Part shown: positions 59,132-61,005 of the stretch, one piece after another
Numbering within the stretch: the first letter of the stretch is position 1
Layout: every line of letters starts with the position of its first letter
From: Patescibacteria group bacterium
GTDB taxonomy: Bacteria; Patescibacteriota; Minisyncoccia; Phycocordibacterales; JANLHH01
Direction: 5' to 3'
DNA length: 61,005 nucleotides
NCBI GenBank assembly: GCA_038063375.1
Contig: JBBTVG010000003.1
Location: 9,060-70,064 of the forward strand
Translations under genes and position numbers: made by a program
The notes under the pieces: generated by a model
What the model was told of the DNA's origin: nothing
Database searches by the model: none
The model's input: only the letters and a program-made list of their open reading frames with translations

Positions 59132-60397
59132 ATGTCGTCTCTGTATAAGAAAATCATCGTAGTCGTTCTTTTGATTGTGACGCTTTCCGGCAGTTTCCTT
59201 TTTGGCGTATTCATGGGGTACGAGAGAAGACCTGAAGTGGCGAAAGTGACTTCGTTGTTTGATAAAGAGAACGCTTTAGCCCCCGCCGTTGACTTCGGGC
59301 CATTCTGGAAAGTGTGGAATCTCATCAATGAGAAATATGTTTCCTCTGACGGTCCGACTGACCAAGAAAAAGTATGGGGCGCCATTTCGGGATTGGTAGG
59401 ATCACTGGATGATCCGTATTCGGTATTTCTCCCTCCCGAAGAAGCTGCGATCTTTCAGAGCGACATCAGCGGAGAATTCCAGGGCGTCGGGATGGAGATC
59501 GGCGTACGGGATAATATACCCACCGTTATCGCGCCCCTCAAAAATACTCCCGCCGAGCGAGCAGGCATTTTGCCGGGCGATAAGATCATTAAAATAGACG
59601 ATACCGTGAGCGTTGATCTCGGTATTGACGAGGCGGTACGCCTTATCAGGGGAACGAAAGGAACAACCGTAATACTCACCATTTTGCGAGAAGGCGAAGG
59701 AGAACCGCTTGAGATAAAGATTGTTCGCGATATCATTGAAATCCCCACTATTGATACCGAAACGCGAACGCCTGCAGGAGGTGTTGCCAAAGAAGATGCG
59801 GCAAACGAAAATGGCAACCCTGAAGATATTTATGTTTTACGCCTCTATAACTTCTCGGCGAATTCGCCATTCTTGTTCAGGGAATCATTACGACAATTTG
59901 CCGTCTCGGGAAAGCACAAGTTGATTTTGGATCTTCGCGGTAATCCGGGCGGTTATCTGGAAGCCGCCGTGGACATGGCAAGCTGGTTTCTCCCGGTCGG
60001 GAAAGTGATCGTTCGAGAAGACTTTGGGGAAGCGGCCGAAGAAAGAGTTTACAGGAGCAAGGGATATGATATATTTGGTCCTGACCTTAAGATGGTGGTA
60101 CTGGTCAACGGGGGCTCTGCTTCGGCCTCAGAGATCTTGGCAGGCGCGCTCTCAGAACATGGCGTAGCAACCCTCGTCGGCACCAAGACGTTCGGCAAGG
60201 GATCTGTCCAGGAACTCATCGGCGTCACGGATGACACCGCCTTAAAGGTCACCGTGGCCAGATGGTTGACCCCACTAGGCATCTCTATCTCAGAGAAGGG
60301 AATCATCCCGGACGTGGAGGTGGAGATCACTAAAGAAGACATCGTTGCCGAGAAAGATCCGCAGATGCAAAAAGCGATTGAAATTCTTGCGCGCTAA
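59132..60397 (+). CDS. ctpA: S41 family C-terminal processing peptidase (CtpA-like) with a PDZ domain
   Basis: Motifs LDLRGNPGGYL, GGSASASEILAGAL and KTFGKGSVQ, with an N-terminal TM anchor. The ATG at 59132 is preferred over the TTG at 59096. Confidence 0.88.
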   Translation: MSSLYKKIIVVVLLIVTLSGSFLFGVFMGYERRPEVAKVTSLFDKENALAPAVDFGPFWKVWNLINEKYVSSDGPTDQEKVWGAISGLVGSLDDPYSVFLPPEEAAIFQSDISGEFQGVGMEIGVRDNIPTVIAPLKNTPAERAGILPGDKIIKIDDTVSVDLGIDEAVRLIRGTKGTTVILTILREGEGEPLEIKIVRDIIEIPTIDTETRTPAGGVAKEDAANENGNPEDIYVLRLYNFSANSPFLFRESLRQFAVSGKHKLILDLRGNPGGYLEAAVDMASWFLPVGKVIVREDFGEAAEERVYRSKGYDIFGPDLKMVVLVNGGSASASEILAGALSEHGVATLVGTKTFGKGSVQELIGVTDDTALKVTVARWLTPLGISISEKGIIPDVEVEITKEDIVAEKDPQMQKAIEILAR

Positions 60398-60439
60398 ATC
60401 TTTTTAAAGAGAAACTTACGAATTAATACTACAAAATAT

Positions 60440-60886
60440 ATGAAAGTTATACTGCTCCACGATATTCCAAAAGTTGGAAAGAAATATGATGTGAAAGAGA
60501 TTTCTAGCGGACATGTGAGGAATTTTCTTTTGCCAAAAGGATTGGTGCAAATCGCCACCGATAACACGCTTAAGGTTGTGGAAGAGAGGAAAAAGATATC
60601 TGACGCCGGACGTAAAATTCATGAGGATCTTTTGATAAAAAATATTGGAAGTCTCAAGGGAACAGCGGTCACCATGCGTGCAAAAGCAAACGAAAAAGGT
60701 CACCTTTTCGCAGGAATACACAAAGAGGAGATCGTTCCTGAAATAAAAAAACAGCTCCGCTTGGATATTGAGCCCAACCACATTGAGCTTCCGGACCCCA
60801 TAAAAGAACTGGGTGAAACAGAAATCGCGGTTTCAGCTCATGGGCGAAGTGCTACATTTAAACTGGTAGTGGAAAAAGAAGAGTAA
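60440..60886 (+). CDS. rplI: 50S ribosomal protein L9
   Basis: MKVILLHDIPKVGKKYDVKEISSGHVRNFLLPKGL. Confidence 0.9.
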   Translation: MKVILLHDIPKVGKKYDVKEISSGHVRNFLLPKGLVQIATDNTLKVVEERKKISDAGRKIHEDLLIKNIGSLKGTAVTMRAKANEKGHLFAGIHKEEIVPEIKKQLRLDIEPNHIELPDPIKELGETEIAVSAHGRSATFKLVVEKEE

Positions 60887-60900
60887 GAAATGATCGTACA

Positions 60901-60932
60901 AAAAATACCCCGCAAAGAGCGGGGTATTTTTT
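60901..60932 (+). terminator. rho-independent terminator
   Basis: AAAAATACCCCGC-AAAGA-GCGGGGTATTTTT. Confidence 0.85.
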
Positions 60933-61005
60933 GTACGGTTTCTTTAGATGACGTTTACTACTTTCTTTTTTATGGTTTTTCCGTTAAAACCCGTTTTTCT
61001 TTTGG

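Noticed and set aside
1-61005. Alternative genetic code (UGA as Gly, as in Gracilibacteria and Absconditabacteria), rRNA or tRNA genes, and prophage or integrase content.
   Set aside because: Long uninterrupted ORFs with recognisable full-length homologues terminate at TGA, TAA and TAG alike (for example the TGA at 42535), so the standard code fits. No cloverleaf-like or rRNA-like sequence was seen in the intergenic regions. No integrase, transposase, capsid or terminase motif was recognised.

Overview
The window is 61 kb and gene-dense, with about 61 protein-coding genes, mostly on the + strand. I saw no rRNA, tRNA or CRISPR array. Calls rest on motif recognition and manual repeat comparison only; no BLAST, HMM or folding was run.

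Gene content suggests a Patescibacteria/CPR (Parcubacteria-like) genome using the standard genetic code; this taxonomic call is inference. The evidence is housekeeping genes (leuS, cysS, mnmA, ychF, dnaB, recR, mltG, rplU, rplI, corA, ctpA) interspersed with many small secreted or membrane hypotheticals, DUF5671/pilin-like proteins and multi-domain glycosyltransferase fusions.

Main blocks:
- **Surface-protein and fibre locus (1-10.9 kb).** It holds Gly/Asn-repeat surface proteins and a tapA-sipW-tasA-like set. That set is three proteins with SipW-type signal peptides, an archaeal-type signal peptidase and a convergent subtilisin. The peptidase and the subtilisin share a 61-nt leader (57/61 identical).
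- **Small glycoside-hydrolase/transporter group (11.7-15 kb).**
- **AT-rich HTH-Doc toxin-antitoxin plus hydrolase islet (18.3-19.9 kb),** bracketed by direct repeats.
- **hicB-hicA pair (32.4-33.1 kb),** with hicA split by a 178-bp palindromic insertion.
- **Glycan operon (37.3-53.4 kb).** This is a 16-kb, 12-gene, translationally coupled operon (gtrA, GT2, GT4, a flippase-GT4 fusion, a pyruvyl transferase, two GT-C-like proteins) with an AT-rich central cassette.

The intergenic space is unusually rich in short repeats. There are three MITE-like families, two of them with clear target-site duplications, and sigma70-like promoters are built into or next to them.
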